DNA of 64,000 nt from an uncultured Chloroflexia bacterium (GCA_963703345.1 OY969814.1:864001-928000); one strand, 5' to 3'; positions 51,005-61,747 are shown, counted from the first letter of the stretch. The notes: generated by a model not told the origin, from the sequence alone. Numbers and translations are program-made.

Positions 51005-51954
51005 ACGAAATCATACGCTCGCTCCTCATCGTCTTCGGTCTACTCTTCGCGGCGCTCACGGTTGCCGCCATGTCCACCTGGCTGGAGCGGCGAATGCTGG
51101 GACTCTGGCAGGACCGCTACGGGCCGAACCGCGTTGGTCCCTTCGGGCTGTTGCAGGTGGCTGCGGACGCGATCAAGATGTTCATGAAGGAGGACTGGGT
51201 CCCGCCCTACGCCGACAAGGTGGTCTTCATCCTCGCGCCGGCGGTCATCATGCTGGCGGTGCTGATGTCCTTTACCGTTATCCCCTTCTCGGCGAGCCTG
51301 GGCGTCATCGACCTGAACGTAGGACTTCTCTTCTTCCTCGGCATGTCGTCGATGGGCGTCTACAGCGTCGTCCTTGGCGGCTGGGCATCCAACAACAAGT
51401 ACTCGCTGCTCGGCGGCCTGCGGGCGTCTGCCCAGATGTTGAGCTACGAGGTGTTCATGGGTCTTTCCATAACCGGCGTCGTGATGCTGGCCGGCTCCTT
51501 CAACCTGCGGGCGATAGTTGAGTCGCAGAAAGCGGTCTGGTATTGCGTCCCACAGGTGCTCGGGTTCCTCGTCTTCATGGTGGCCGGCGTCGCCGAGACA
51601 CGGCGCATCCCCTTCGACCTGCCGGAGGCGGACAGCGAGCTTGTCGCCGGCTTCCACTCTGAGTACTCGGCGATGAAGTTCGGCATGTTCTTCGTCGGCG
51701 AATACTTGGGCGTCGCCCTCATCTCGGTCATGATCGCAACGCTCTTCTTCGGCGGCTGGCTCGGTCCGATCCTGCCGCCGCCGATGTGGCTGGCGCTCAA
51801 GATGTTCGTCTTCATCTGCTTCTTCATACTGTTGCGTGCCACCTTGCCGCGGCTGCGCTACGACCAGCTCATGTCTTTCGGCTGGAAAGTCATGCTGCCG
51901 CTGGCGTTGTTGAACCTGCTGGTCACCGGCGCGGTTCGGCTGGGAATGGGTTAG
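51001..51954 (+). CDS. nuoH: NADH-quinone oxidoreductase subunit H
   Basis: [31 protein letters not shown]. Confidence 0.95.
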   Translation: MNEIIRSLLIVFGLLFAALTVAAMSTWLERRMLGLWQDRYGPNRVGPFGLLQVAADAIKMFMKEDWVPPYADKVVFILAPAVIMLAVLMSFTVIPFSASLGVIDLNVGLLFFLGMSSMGVYSVVLGGWASNNKYSLLGGLRASAQMLSYEVFMGLSITGVVMLAGSFNLRAIVESQKAVWYCVPQVLGFLVFMVAGVAETRRIPFDLPEADSELVAGFHSEYSAMKFGMFFVGEYLGVALISVMIATLFFGGWLGPILPPPMWLALKMFVFICFFILLRATLPRLRYDQLMSFGWKVMLPLALLNLLVTGAVRLGMG

Positions 51955-51965
51955 GACAGGAACGA

Positions 51966-52478
51966 ATGCTGGGCATACTGAAAGGGTTGTGGATCGTCTT
52001 CCTGCACGCTTTTCGGAAGCGCGTCACGGTCCAGTATCCGGAGCAGCGGCCCTACCTGGCGCCGCGGTGGCGCGGCCGGATCATCCTGTCGCGCCTCAAC
52101 GGCGAAGAGCGCTGCGTCGCCTGCAATCTCTGCGCCGCCGTCTGCCCGGTCGACTGCATTGCCCTTCAGGCGACGGAGGACGAGACGGGCCGCCGCTATC
52201 CCGCCTTCTTCCGCATCAACTTCTCGCGCTGCATCTTCTGCGGCTTCTGCGAGGAAGCCTGCCCGACATACGCTATCCAGCTCACCCCCGACTTCGAGAT
52301 GGGCGAGTACGTGCGGCAGAACCTGGTCTATGAGAAGGAGGACCTTCTGATCAGCGGGCCGGGCAAGTATCCTGATCACGATTTCTACCGCGTCGCCGGC
52401 CTGGCGATCGGCGGCAAAGACAAAGGAGAGGCAGAGAACGAAGAAGCGCCGCGGGACGTGCGCACGCTGCTGCCCTGA
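51966..52478 (+). CDS. nuoI: NADH-quinone oxidoreductase subunit I
   Basis: [24 protein letters not shown]. Confidence 0.95.
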   Translation: MLGILKGLWIVFLHAFRKRVTVQYPEQRPYLAPRWRGRIILSRLNGEERCVACNLCAAVCPVDCIALQATEDETGRRYPAFFRINFSRCIFCGFCEEACPTYAIQLTPDFEMGEYVRQNLVYEKEDLLISGPGKYPDHDFYRVAGLAIGGKDKGEAENEEAPRDVRTLLP

Positions 52479-52493
52479 CGCTACGAGGCTGAT

Positions 52494-53084
52494 ATGAACG
52501 ATGTCTACTACATATCATCCGTGGTGGCGGTAATCGCCACGGCGGCCGCGATTACCGGCCTCAACGCCGTGCATTCGCTGCTGTACCTGATCGTCTCCTT
52601 CCTGGCGATTGCGCTCGTATTCTTCACGCTCGGCGCGCCGGTCATCGCGGCGCTGGAGGTGATAATCTACGCCGGCGCCATCATCGTCCTGTTCATCTTC
52701 GTCGTTATGATCCTGAATCTCGGCAACGAAGCCGTCGAGCAGGAGAAGCGCTGGACGCTGGGAAAGGCGTGGATCGGCCCCGGGTTCCTGGCCTTCGTGC
52801 TCATCGCGGAGGTCGTGTACGTCCTCTTCCAGAACAGCAGCCACCTTGTGGGCGGGGGCGCGATCGAGCCCGGTGAGCTGGGCGCCACGCTGTTCGGGCC
52901 GTACATGCTGGGAGTGGAGCTGGCGTCGATGGTGCTGCTGGCCGGCCTGATAGGCGCCTATCACCTGGGGCGACGCCGCCAGCCCGACGAGACGCAACAG
53001 AAGCGGGAGGAGCCTCCGGTGGATAGCCCGGCCGGCGGCGGACCCGAGCAACAGGAGCCGGTCGATGCGAGCCTTGCGCGGTAA
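52494..53084 (+). CDS. nuoJ: NADH-quinone oxidoreductase subunit J
   Basis: NAVHSLLYL, IIYAGAIIVLFIFVVM, ELAS. Confidence 0.93.
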   Translation: MNDVYYISSVVAVIATAAAITGLNAVHSLLYLIVSFLAIALVFFTLGAPVIAALEVIIYAGAIIVLFIFVVMILNLGNEAVEQEKRWTLGKAWIGPGFLAFVLIAEVVYVLFQNSSHLVGGGAIEPGELGATLFGPYMLGVELASMVLLAGLIGAYHLGRRRQPDETQQKREEPPVDSPAGGGPEQQEPVDASLAR

Positions 53085-53100
53085 GAAGAGGGAGGACTGA

Positions 53101-53409
53101 ATGGCCTCTATACCGATGGAACAGGGTCTTCTCCTGGCCACGGTGCTCTTCGCCCTCGGCCTGATCGGCGTGCTCGTGCGACGCAACATCATCTTCGTGC
53201 TCCTGTCCCTGGAGGTGATGCTGAACGCTTCCGGGCTGGCCTTCATCGTCGCCGGCTATCGCTGGTCGCAGCCGGATGGCCAGATACTGTTCCTCTTCGT
53301 CCTGACGATGGCCGCGGCGGAGGTTTCGGTGGGCCTGGCGCTGGTGCTGCAGCTCCACCGCCTGTTCAAGACGCTCGACATCGACGTAGCCAGCAGAATG
53401 AGAGGCTGA
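53101..53409 (+). CDS. nuoK: NADH-quinone oxidoreductase subunit K
   Basis: [24 protein letters not shown]. Confidence 0.95.
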   Translation: MASIPMEQGLLLATVLFALGLIGVLVRRNIIFVLLSLEVMLNASGLAFIVAGYRWSQPDGQILFLFVLTMAAAEVSVGLALVLQLHRLFKTLDIDVASRMRG

Positions 53410-53410
53410 T

Positions 53411-55303
53411 TTGCTGCATCTCCTCTTCCTGGTGCCTATCCTGCCGTTCTGCGGCTTTGTCGTCCTGGCGCTTGGCGGGCGCTGGCTGACGAAGACCCAG
53501 ATCGCTCTGGTCGGCGTCGGTTCCGTTGGGCTGTCGGCGGTCATCGCTGTGGCTATCAGTCTGAACTTCGTCGCGGACGCGCCGCCAGGCAACGCCTTCT
53601 CGCAGTCGATCTGGACGTGGATAAATGTGGACGGCTTCTCGCCCCACATCGCTTTCTACCTCGATTCGCTCTCCGTGATCATGATCCTGGTCGTGACCGT
53701 CGTCGGCTTCCTTATCCACCTCTACTCCGCCGAGTACATGGAGGACGAGCCGGACGGCTACGCGCGCTTCTTCGCCTGCATGAACCTGTTCGTCGGCTCC
53801 ATGCTCACGCTCGTCCTTGCCGACAACCTGCTGCTCCTCTACCTCGGCTGGGAAGGCGTGGGCCTGTGCAGCTACCTGCTCATCGGCTTCTGGTACACCG
53901 ACCCCGTGAACGGCCGGGCGGCGCGCAAAGCCTTCACCGTCACCCGCGTCGGCGACACGGCGATGCTCGTCGGCTTGCTGCTGCTGTTCACCAAGCTGGG
54001 GACGCTCCAGATCCAGCCGCTGATGCAGGCCGCTCAGACGCACTGGGTCGTCGGCTCCAGCATCACCGTTGCTGCCGCCGGGCTGCTTCTCGGCGGCGCC
54101 CTGGGGAAGTCGGCGCAGTTGCCGCTCCAGACGTGGCTCCCGGACGCCATGGCCGGTCCGACGCCCGTGAGCGCGCTCATCCACGCCGCGACGATGGTCA
54201 CTGCCGGCGTCTACCTGATAGCCCGCATGAACGTCCTGTTCACTATCTCGCCGGTCATCCACACGACCGTTGCGGCCGTCGGCGCCGGGACGCTCATCCT
54301 CGCCGGCTTCAGCGCCCTTGTCCAGCGCGACATCAAGCGCGTCCTGGCCTACTCGACGATCAGCCAGATCGGCTACATGTTCCTGGCCGTCGGCGTCGGC
54401 GCCTGGTCGGCGGCGATGTTCCACTTCATGACGCACGCCTTCTTCAAGGCCCTCCTCTTCATGGGCGCGGGCGTCGTCATCCTGGGGCTGCACCACGAGC
54501 AGGACATGTTCAAGATGGGCGGCCTCCGGAAGCAGGCGCCCCTGGTCTTCTGGACGTTTCTTGCCGGGTCCGTGTCGCTGGCCGCGCTGCCGCTTGTCAC
54601 CGCCGGCTTCTACAGCAAGGACGCCATCCTTGCCGGAGCGTGGGCGTCGGATGCAGGCGGGCGCTGGCTGTGGGCGGCAGGCTTCGGTGGCGCGCTGCTG
54701 ACCTCGCTATACACGTTCCGCATGGTCTTCTATGTGTTCTTCGGAGAGGTGCGGACGCCGTTCCACCTGAAGCCGGGCCTGCGGTTGATGCTGCCGCTGG
54801 TCGTGCTCGCCTGCCTGTCCATCGTCGCGGGCTATCTCGACCTGCCGGGCACGCTCGGCAACCACCTGTGGTTCTCCGACTTCATGCACACCTCCCTGCC
54901 GGAGACGAAGGAGTTGGCCACAAGCACGGAGCGCAACCTTCAGATTGGCGCTTCGCTGATATCGCTCATCGGCATTCTCTTCGCCTATTACTTCTTCCTG
55001 CGTGAGCCCGGACTGGTGCGCAGGCTGGTGGCGACGCCGGTGGGCGCGGCGCTGCACCGCTTCTGGTTCCTGGGCTGGGGCTTCGACTGGGTCTACGACA
55101 ACTTCATCGTCGGCACGTACGTCAAGGTGTCGCGCGCCAACCGCAGCGACGCGTTCGACCAGCCGATTCGGGCGGTCGCGCTTATCAGTCAGGCAGCCAA
55201 CATCGTCCTCAGTTGGTCGGAGACGGGGCGATTGCGCTGGTACGCGGCGAGCGTGGTGGCAGGCGCCATCGTCGCCGTAGGAATCGTGGTGTTCTTCGCA
55301 TGA
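53411..55303 (+). CDS. nuoL: NADH-quinone oxidoreductase subunit L
   Basis: WEGVGLCSYLLIGF, GKSAQLPL.TWLPDAMAGPTPVSALIHAATMV, HAFFKA. Confidence 0.95.
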   Translation: MLHLLFLVPILPFCGFVVLALGGRWLTKTQIALVGVGSVGLSAVIAVAISLNFVADAPPGNAFSQSIWTWINVDGFSPHIAFYLDSLSVIMILVVTVVGFLIHLYSAEYMEDEPDGYARFFACMNLFVGSMLTLVLADNLLLLYLGWEGVGLCSYLLIGFWYTDPVNGRAARKAFTVTRVGDTAMLVGLLLLFTKLGTLQIQPLMQAAQTHWVVGSSITVAAAGLLLGGALGKSAQLPLQTWLPDAMAGPTPVSALIHAATMVTAGVYLIARMNVLFTISPVIHTTVAAVGAGTLILAGFSALVQRDIKRVLAYSTISQIGYMFLAVGVGAWSAAMFHFMTHAFFKALLFMGAGVVILGLHHEQDMFKMGGLRKQAPLVFWTFLAGSVSLAALPLVTAGFYSKDAILAGAWASDAGGRWLWAAGFGGALLTSLYTFRMVFYVFFGEVRTPFHLKPGLRLMLPLVVLACLSIVAGYLDLPGTLGNHLWFSDFMHTSLPETKELATSTERNLQIGASLISLIGILFAYYFFLREPGLVRRLVATPVGAALHRFWFLGWGFDWVYDNFIVGTYVKVSRANRSDAFDQPIRAVALISQAANIVLSWSETGRLRWYAASVVAGAIVAVGIVVFFA

Positions 55304-56862
55304 TACTGACCTGGCTTATCATCTGGGCGTTTGCCGGCGGCATGCTGGCCTGGATATCCGGTCGCTGGAGTCAGCTCTGGCCGCGAGTCATATCGCTGGT
55401 GACGCTGGCTATCAACATGGTCGTTCTCATCGTTATGTGGGTGCACTACTTCGGGCCGAGCAGCCCGGTCCCCAACGGCTCCTACGTCATCGAGACGAGC
55501 CATTCGTGGATCCCGCAGCTCGGCATCAGCTTCCATCTGGCGCTGGACGGCCTGAGCATGCTGCTGGTCATTCTGACGAACTTCCTCGGCATCATGTCCG
55601 TCGCGACGTCCTGGAACGCGATCAAGGTGCGAGTCGGTTTCTTCCACTTCAACCTCCTCTGGATCGTCGCCTCTATTATGGGGGTCTTCCTGGCCCTCGA
55701 CCTTTTCCTGTTCTACTTCTTCTGGGAGATGATGCTCGTCCCACTGTACTTCCTCATCGCCTTCTGGGGCTACGAGAACCGCATCTACGCCTCCATCAAG
55801 TTCTTCATCTTTACCCAGGCGGGCGGTTTGCTGATGCTTCTCTCCATCCTGGGGCTGTACTTCGTCCACGGCCGTGCGACCGGCGTCTACACGTTCAACT
55901 ACACGGAGCTCCTCGGCACGCCGATGGCCGAGTCGACGGCGCGCTGGCTGATGCTGGGCTTCTTCGCCGCCTTCGCCGTCAAGCTGCCGGTGGTGCCGCT
56001 CCACACGTGGTTGCCCGATGCCCATACGCAGGCGCCGACGGCCGGAAGCGTGAACCTGGCGGGACTGGTGCTGAAGGTCGGCGCGTACGGGATGATCCGC
56101 TTCCTGGTGCCGCTCTTCCCGAAGGCCGCCCTCGACTTCTCCGGCGTAGCGATGGGCCTGGCCGTCGCCAGCATTCTGTACGGCGCCGTGCTCGCCTTCG
56201 CCCAGACGGACATCAAGCGACTGGTTGCCTATACCAGCGTCAGCCACATGGGCTTCGTGCTGCTGGGCATCTTCGCCTGGAACCAGTTGGCGCTCGAGGG
56301 CGCGATCATGATTATGCTGGCACATGCCATCACCACGGGCGCCCTCTTCATGCTCTGCGGCGACCTGAACGAGCGGATGCACACGCGCGACATGGGGAGA
56401 ATGGGAGGACTGTGGCAGACGATACCGAAAATGGGGGCCGTGGGTATGTTCTTCGCCGTGGCCTCACTGGGCCTGCCCGGCCTCGGCAACTTCGTCGGCG
56501 AGTTCCTGGTAGTGCTTGGCACCTTCCATGCGAATACGACGATGGCGGTGGTTGCGACGCTGGGACTCATCGTCTCCGCCGTCTACTCGCTGTGGATGCT
56601 GCAGGTCGCCTTCCAGGGGCCGAACGCTCACGGCTGGAAGCTGCCGGACATGTCGCGGCGTGAGGCGGCGATCATGGGCACTATGATAGCGGTCATCGCC
56701 TGGTTCGGGCTGTACCCGCAGAGCGTTCTCTCAACCGCCAGGCAGTCGCTGGACAACTTGCAGCAGATTGTGACGACGACGAAGCCGGCCGAGACGCAGG
56801 GCTACAGCCTCGACCAGCACCAGGCTATGGCCCCGCCGGTCGACGAAGGGAACACGCAATGA
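55300..56862 (+). CDS. nuoM: NADH-quinone oxidoreductase subunit M
   Basis: FFWEMML.P, KLPVVPLHTWLPDAH, AYTSVSHMG, LGLPGL.NFVGE. Confidence 0.95.
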   Translation: MILTWLIIWAFAGGMLAWISGRWSQLWPRVISLVTLAINMVVLIVMWVHYFGPSSPVPNGSYVIETSHSWIPQLGISFHLALDGLSMLLVILTNFLGIMSVATSWNAIKVRVGFFHFNLLWIVASIMGVFLALDLFLFYFFWEMMLVPLYFLIAFWGYENRIYASIKFFIFTQAGGLLMLLSILGLYFVHGRATGVYTFNYTELLGTPMAESTARWLMLGFFAAFAVKLPVVPLHTWLPDAHTQAPTAGSVNLAGLVLKVGAYGMIRFLVPLFPKAALDFSGVAMGLAVASILYGAVLAFAQTDIKRLVAYTSVSHMGFVLLGIFAWNQLALEGAIMIMLAHAITTGALFMLCGDLNERMHTRDMGRMGGLWQTIPKMGAVGMFFAVASLGLPGLGNFVGEFLVVLGTFHANTTMAVVATLGLIVSAVYSLWMLQVAFQGPNAHGWKLPDMSRREAAIMGTMIAVIAWFGLYPQSVLSTARQSLDNLQQIVTTTKPAETQGYSLDQHQAMAPPVDEGNTQ

Positions 56863-58295
56863 CCCGCAGCGGCTGGATCGACATCCTCCCTCTGATCGTC
56901 CTGGCGGCGACGCCGGTGGCCGTGATGATAGCCGTCGCGGTGCGGCGCAACATGACCGTCTCCACCGCCATAACGCTCATCGGGCTCGTGGCGTCGTTCG
57001 CAATGCTGCCCATCGTCCGGACGCAAGACAATCGCCAGGCGACGCCGCTGATCGTGATGGACAACTACGCGCTCTTCTACATTGGGCTGCTGCTGGCGTT
57101 GACGCTGATTCTAGTGTTTCTCTCCTACCGCTACCTGAACTCGCATCCCGGCAACAAGGACGAATACTGGATCCTGCTCCTCCTGGCGACGCTCGGTTCA
57201 TCGGTGCTCGTGGCCAGCACGCACTTCGCCTCATTCTTCCTGGGGCTGGAGATACTGAGCATCTCGCTCTACGCGCTCATCGGCTACAATCGGACGAGCG
57301 CGATCGGCGTCGAGGCCGCGATCAAATACCTTGTGCTTGCGGCCGCTTCCACGGGTTTTCTCCTGTTCGGTATGGCGCTGGTGTACGGCGAGATCGGCTC
57401 GATGGAGTTCGGGCAGATCGCCTCCCTGCACGGCGCCCTCGACGATGGACAGCGCGTCTTCTTCCTGGCGGGCCTTGGGCTGATGACCGTCGGCTTCGGC
57501 TACAAGCTGGCGGTCGTGCCGTTCCACATGTGGGCGCCGGACGTCTACCAGGGCGCCCCGGCTCCGGTGACGGCGTTTATCGCGTCGGTGTCCAAAGGGG
57601 GCGTGTTCGCGCTGCTGCTCCGCTTCTTCACCCAGATCAATTTCCGAGCTGACGACACGCTCTTCTGGATATTCTTCGCCGTCGCCGTCGCCTCGATGCT
57701 GGCGGGCAACCTGCTGGCGCTGCTGCAGAACAACGTGAAGCGCATCCTGGCCTACTCGTCGATCGCTCACTTCGGTTATCTCCTCGTCGCGTTCCTGGCG
57801 AGCGGCAATCTGCGCGTCACCGCGGTCACGCTCTATCTGATAGCCTACTTCATCGCCAGCACCGGCTGCTTCGGCGTCATCACCGTCCTCTCCGGCCCGG
57901 AGCGCGACGCCGACCGCCTCGAGGACTACCGCGGCCTGTTCTGGACGCGCCCGTGGTTGGCGGGCGTGTTCACGGGCATGCTCCTGTCACTGGCCGGCAT
58001 TCCGCTGACGGCCGGCTTCATCGGCAAGTTCTACCTCGTGGCGGCGGGAGCGCAGGACTCGCTGTGGGCGCTCATCATCATCCTCGTGACGGCGAGCGTC
58101 ATCTCGCTCTTCTACTACATCCGCATCATCGTGACCATGTACTCGCGGCCCGAAGGCGAGCCGGAGTCGGCGCCCGTCCCGCCGCTGGCCTCGCCGTCGG
58201 AGGGCTTTGTCCTCGTCGCCACGTCGCTGCTGGCGCTGTGGCTGGGGATCTATCCCGCGGCGCTCATCCACATCATCCCGTCCGTCGTCCACTAG
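56859..58295 (+). CDS. nuoN: NADH-quinone oxidoreductase subunit N
   Basis: EAAIKY, KLAVVPFHMWAPDVYQGAP, KRILAYSSIAH, LAGIPLTAGF.GK. Confidence 0.95.
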   Translation: MTRSGWIDILPLIVLAATPVAVMIAVAVRRNMTVSTAITLIGLVASFAMLPIVRTQDNRQATPLIVMDNYALFYIGLLLALTLILVFLSYRYLNSHPGNKDEYWILLLLATLGSSVLVASTHFASFFLGLEILSISLYALIGYNRTSAIGVEAAIKYLVLAAASTGFLLFGMALVYGEIGSMEFGQIASLHGALDDGQRVFFLAGLGLMTVGFGYKLAVVPFHMWAPDVYQGAPAPVTAFIASVSKGGVFALLLRFFTQINFRADDTLFWIFFAVAVASMLAGNLLALLQNNVKRILAYSSIAHFGYLLVAFLASGNLRVTAVTLYLIAYFIASTGCFGVITVLSGPERDADRLEDYRGLFWTRPWLAGVFTGMLLSLAGIPLTAGFIGKFYLVAAGAQDSLWALIIILVTASVISLFYYIRIIVTMYSRPEGEPESAPVPPLASPSEGFVLVATSLLALWLGIYPAALIHIIPSVVH

Positions 58296-58419
58296 CGATC
58301 GGACGTGCGGTCCCTCTCTTCACGGATCTGGCACGGCAGTCGCTTCGGTCTTCATGCTCCACACATCGCCAATAGGTTAATATCGGAGCGGTTCGACGAC
58401 GACCACGGAAAGGACTGCC

Positions 58420-59835
58420 ATGGCCCTCAAAGCACCGTCGCCACAAGACATCGTTATCATGGGTGCGTCCGGCGACCTTTCGCAGCGCAAGCTCATACCC
58501 GCGCTCTACAATCTAGCCGCCGTGAGTCTACTGCCGCCGAGAGGGTCGATCGTCGGCTTCGCCCGCACCGAGCTCAACGAGCAAGAATTCCGCGACCTTG
58601 CCCGGCGCGCGGTGCAGCAGTACTCCCGTACCGGCTTCGATGAGACCGTTTGGGCGGAGCTCGTCCCGCGGCTGACCTACGTCCGCCACGAGGAGGACGG
58701 CTTCGGTTTGCTGGCGCAGAAACTGCACGAGAAGGAGCGGCTGGTATACCTGGCGATCCCTCCCTCCGTGATCCCGGACAGGGTCAACGGCCTGAAGGAA
58801 GCCGACCTCGTTGCTGGCACGCGCGTCGTTGTGGAGAAGCCGTTTGGTCACGACCTGGAGTCGGCCCGCGAGCTGAACCGAATCATCCACCGCGTATTCC
58901 ACGAATCGCAGGTCTTTCGGATCGATCACTACCTGGGCAAAGAGACCGTCCAGAACATCCTCGTATTCCGCTTCGGCAACTCGGTCTTCGAGCGAGTGTG
59001 GAACCGCGATGCCGTTGACCACGTGCAGATGACCGTCGCTGAGTCAATCGGCATCGAAAACAGGGGCGCCTACTTCGAAGAAGCGGGCATTCTACGCGAC
59101 ATGGTCCAGAACCACGTCCTCCAGGTCCTCAGTCTTCTAACGATGGAGCCGCCCTCGAGCGTAGCGCCGGAGTCGATCCGCGACGAGAAGATAAAGGTCC
59201 TGCGCTCCATGCGGCCGCTGAACCCCGCTCGGACAGTGCGCGGCCAGTACGCCGCCGGCGCCGTCGACGGTGTCGGCGTGCCGGGCTATCGCGAGGAGAA
59301 AGACGTGGCACCGCAGTCGATGACAGAGACGTTCTTCGCGGCGGAACTGGAGATCGACTCCTGGCGCTGGGCCGGCGTGCCCTTCTACCTGCGCGCGGGC
59401 AAGCGGCTGGCAACGCGGGCGACAGAGATAACGGTCGATTTTCGCGAGCCGCCACTCTGCTTCTTCGAAGGTACGGCTGTCAAGCACCTGACCTCCGACC
59501 ACCTTGTCATCCGCATCCAGCCGGACGAAGGCATTCGCTTCGCCTTTCTGGCCAAGCGCCCGGGGCCGGAGATCAACGTGCAGCAGGTCAGGATGGAGTT
59601 CTCCTACAGCAGCTCGTTCATGACGAGCCCGCCGGAAGCCTACGAGCGCCTCCTCCACGACGTGATGGTCGGCGACCACACGCTCTTTATGCGCGAGGAC
59701 GCTGCGGAGCGGGCGTGGGAGGTAGTGCAGCCCGCGCTCGAGCAGCCGGCGCCTCTCTGCACGTACCCCGCCGGAAGCTGGGGGCCGGAAGACGCGGACA
59801 AGCTCATCGCGCCGCGGGCCTGGCATCTGCACTAG
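58420..59835 (+). CDS. zwf: Glucose-6-phosphate 1-dehydrogenase
   Basis: GASGDL, EKPFG, RIDHYLGKE, RDMVQNH, RW.GVPFYLR.GKR. Confidence 0.96.
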   Translation: MALKAPSPQDIVIMGASGDLSQRKLIPALYNLAAVSLLPPRGSIVGFARTELNEQEFRDLARRAVQQYSRTGFDETVWAELVPRLTYVRHEEDGFGLLAQKLHEKERLVYLAIPPSVIPDRVNGLKEADLVAGTRVVVEKPFGHDLESARELNRIIHRVFHESQVFRIDHYLGKETVQNILVFRFGNSVFERVWNRDAVDHVQMTVAESIGIENRGAYFEEAGILRDMVQNHVLQVLSLLTMEPPSSVAPESIRDEKIKVLRSMRPLNPARTVRGQYAAGAVDGVGVPGYREEKDVAPQSMTETFFAAELEIDSWRWAGVPFYLRAGKRLATRATEITVDFREPPLCFFEGTAVKHLTSDHLVIRIQPDEGIRFAFLAKRPGPEINVQQVRMEFSYSSSFMTSPPEAYERLLHDVMVGDHTLFMREDAAERAWEVVQPALEQPAPLCTYPAGSWGPEDADKLIAPRAWHLH

Positions 59836-59845
59836 CGGGGAACGA

Positions 59846-60847
59846 CTAGGGAGCGCATCTGAGGACCGCCGCGCCGCTGATCTCGCCGGCGGCAAGACGC
59901 CGCAGCGCCTCGTTCGCGTCCTCTAGGTCAAACACGTCGGTCTCCGTCCGAATCGGTATCTCCGCCGCCAGGTCCAGAAACTCGCGGGCGTCGGCGCGGG
60001 TGTAGTTCGCGACGCTGCAAAGATTGCGCTCCCACCACAGGAGCTCGTAGGGGAACTCCGGCACCTTGTCGAGATGGATGGCGTTGATGGCGACGGTGCC
60101 GCCGCGGTCAACCGCTCGCAAGGCGTCGACGACGACCTGCCCCGCCGGCGTGAAGGTTATCGCCCCATCGAGCGGCGCGGGCGGCAGATCGTCGTAGCCG
60201 CCGGCCCACGTCGCCCCGAAGCTCCGTGCCCGCTCCTGCTCGCGTGCCGAGCGAGTGCAAACGTAGACCTCGCAACCCCAATGCAGCGCGACCTGAATCG
60301 TCAGCAGGGCAGACGCCCCAAAGCCGTACAGGCCGAGCCGCTCGCCGGGCTTCACGCCCGATCGCTTCAGCGAGCGGTAGCCGATGACGCCGCCGCAGAG
60401 GAGAGGCGACGCCTGTAGGTCGCCGAAGCCGTCGGGAAGGCGGAACGCGAAGTCAGCGCGCACCGTAACGTACTCCCCGTAGCCGCCGTCGCGGTCCCAG
60501 CCCGTGAAGCGCGCCTCCGCGCAGAGGTTCTCCCGTCCGGAGCGGCAGAAAGAGCAGCGGCCGCAGCTTCCCGCCAACCAGCCGATTCCCGCCCGCTCGC
60601 CCACGTGCCAGCCCTCGACGCCTCCGCCCACCGCCTCGACGCGCCCGACGATCTGGTGGCCCGGAACGACGGGCAGCTTTCGGGCCGCGATGTCGCCCTC
60701 GCAGATCTGCAGATCGGTGCGACAGATGCCGCAGGCCGCGACGCGCAGCAGGAGCTCGCCGGCGGCCGGTTCGGGCACGGGAAGGTCGGTTAGCTTCAGC
60801 GGCTTCTCGTCGATGGGCGCGGCCTTCTCCAGCAGCATCGCCTTCAC
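59846..60847 (-). CDS. Zinc-dependent alcohol dehydrogenase family protein
   Basis: CGICRTDL, PGHQIVG, CGRCSFC..G.ENLC, PLLCGG.IGYR, YGFGASA. Confidence 0.92.
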   Translation of the reverse strand: MKAMLLEKAAPIDEKPLKLTDLPVPEPAAGELLLRVAACGICRTDLQICEGDIAARKLPVVPGHQIVGRVEAVGGGVEGWHVGERAGIGWLAGSCGRCSFCRSGRENLCAEARFTGWDRDGGYGEYVTVRADFAFRLPDGFGDLQASPLLCGGVIGYRSLKRSGVKPGERLGLYGFGASALLTIQVALHWGCEVYVCTRSAREQERARSFGATWAGGYDDLPPAPLDGAITFTPAGQVVVDALRAVDRGGTVAINAIHLDKVPEFPYELLWWERNLCSVANYTRADAREFLDLAAEIPIRTETDVFDLEDANEALRRLAAGEISGAAVLRCAP

Positions 60848-61722
60848 GGGCTCACGCTCGCTCTCTGGTCGAGCACCGCATTCAACTCGCCTCCGAGGAT
60901 AAGGATGAAGGCCGTCAGGTAGAACCACACCAGCAGGATCACCACGCCTCCCAGCGTGCCGTAGGTCGAGTTGTAGGAAGCGAAGTGGGCGATATATAGA
61001 CCGAACAGGTACGTGGCGATCAGCCAGACGCCGGTGAACATTACTGTGCCGGGGAGAATGCGCTTGACCGAGAGCTTCGCGTTCGGACCCACACGGTAGA
61101 GGACGCCGACTGCGACAAGGATCATCACTATCGATATGGGCCAGCTCACGAGCGGTAGAAGCGCGGCCGTGGCGCCGCCCAGGCCGATCTTGTCGGCGAT
61201 CTTCGTGCCGGCGGCCTGCGAGATGACGAGCAGCAAGAAGGAGGCGATGATGAGGATCCCGGCGAAGACCGTCAACCCGATGGCGAGCAGGTACCTCTCC
61301 CAGAGCGGTCGCGTCTCGCGAACGCCGTAGGCCCGGTTGAGAATCCTGGTGGTCGCCAGGACGCCGGTAGCGGATGCCCACAGGGTGCCGGCGGCGCCCG
61401 CCGACAGCAGCGCAGCGTTGCGGGAGCTGATGACGGACTCGAGCTGCGTGCGAATGACGCTGATCACGTCGGAAGGGAGCGTGTCGCCGAGAGTGTTGAT
61501 TATCCGGTCGGTCGGATTTTGGACGTTGAACAACTGCGTGATGAAGCCCGAGAGAGCTGCCAGGAAGATGACGAAAGGGAACAGCGCGAGAAAGAATCGA
61601 TAAGCCAGGGCCGCCGCCAGGTTGCCGAGGTCGTCTTCGCCGATTTCCTTGGCGAGTTGCTTGCCTACTCCGGCCGGTCCGCTGTCGGGGATATTGACTC
61701 GCGGCAGGCTCAGCCGTCGCAT
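60844..61722 (-). CDS. YihY/BrkB family membrane protein
   Basis: AAALAY.FFLALFP, LNRAYGV.E.R, YG.LGGVVILLVWFY, G.ELN. Confidence 0.9.
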   Translation of the reverse strand: MRRLSLPRVNIPDSGPAGVGKQLAKEIGEDDLGNLAAALAYRFFLALFPFVIFLAALSGFITQLFNVQNPTDRIINTLGDTLPSDVISVIRTQLESVISSRNAALLSAGAAGTLWASATGVLATTRILNRAYGVRETRPLWERYLLAIGLTVFAGILIIASFLLLVISQAAGTKIADKIGLGGATAALLPLVSWPISIVMILVAVGVLYRVGPNAKLSVKRILPGTVMFTGVWLIATYLFGLYIAHFASYNSTYGTLGGVVILLVWFYLTAFILILGGELNAVLDQRASVSP

Positions 61723-61747
61723 CGTCCCGGACCCGGCCGCCGCGATC

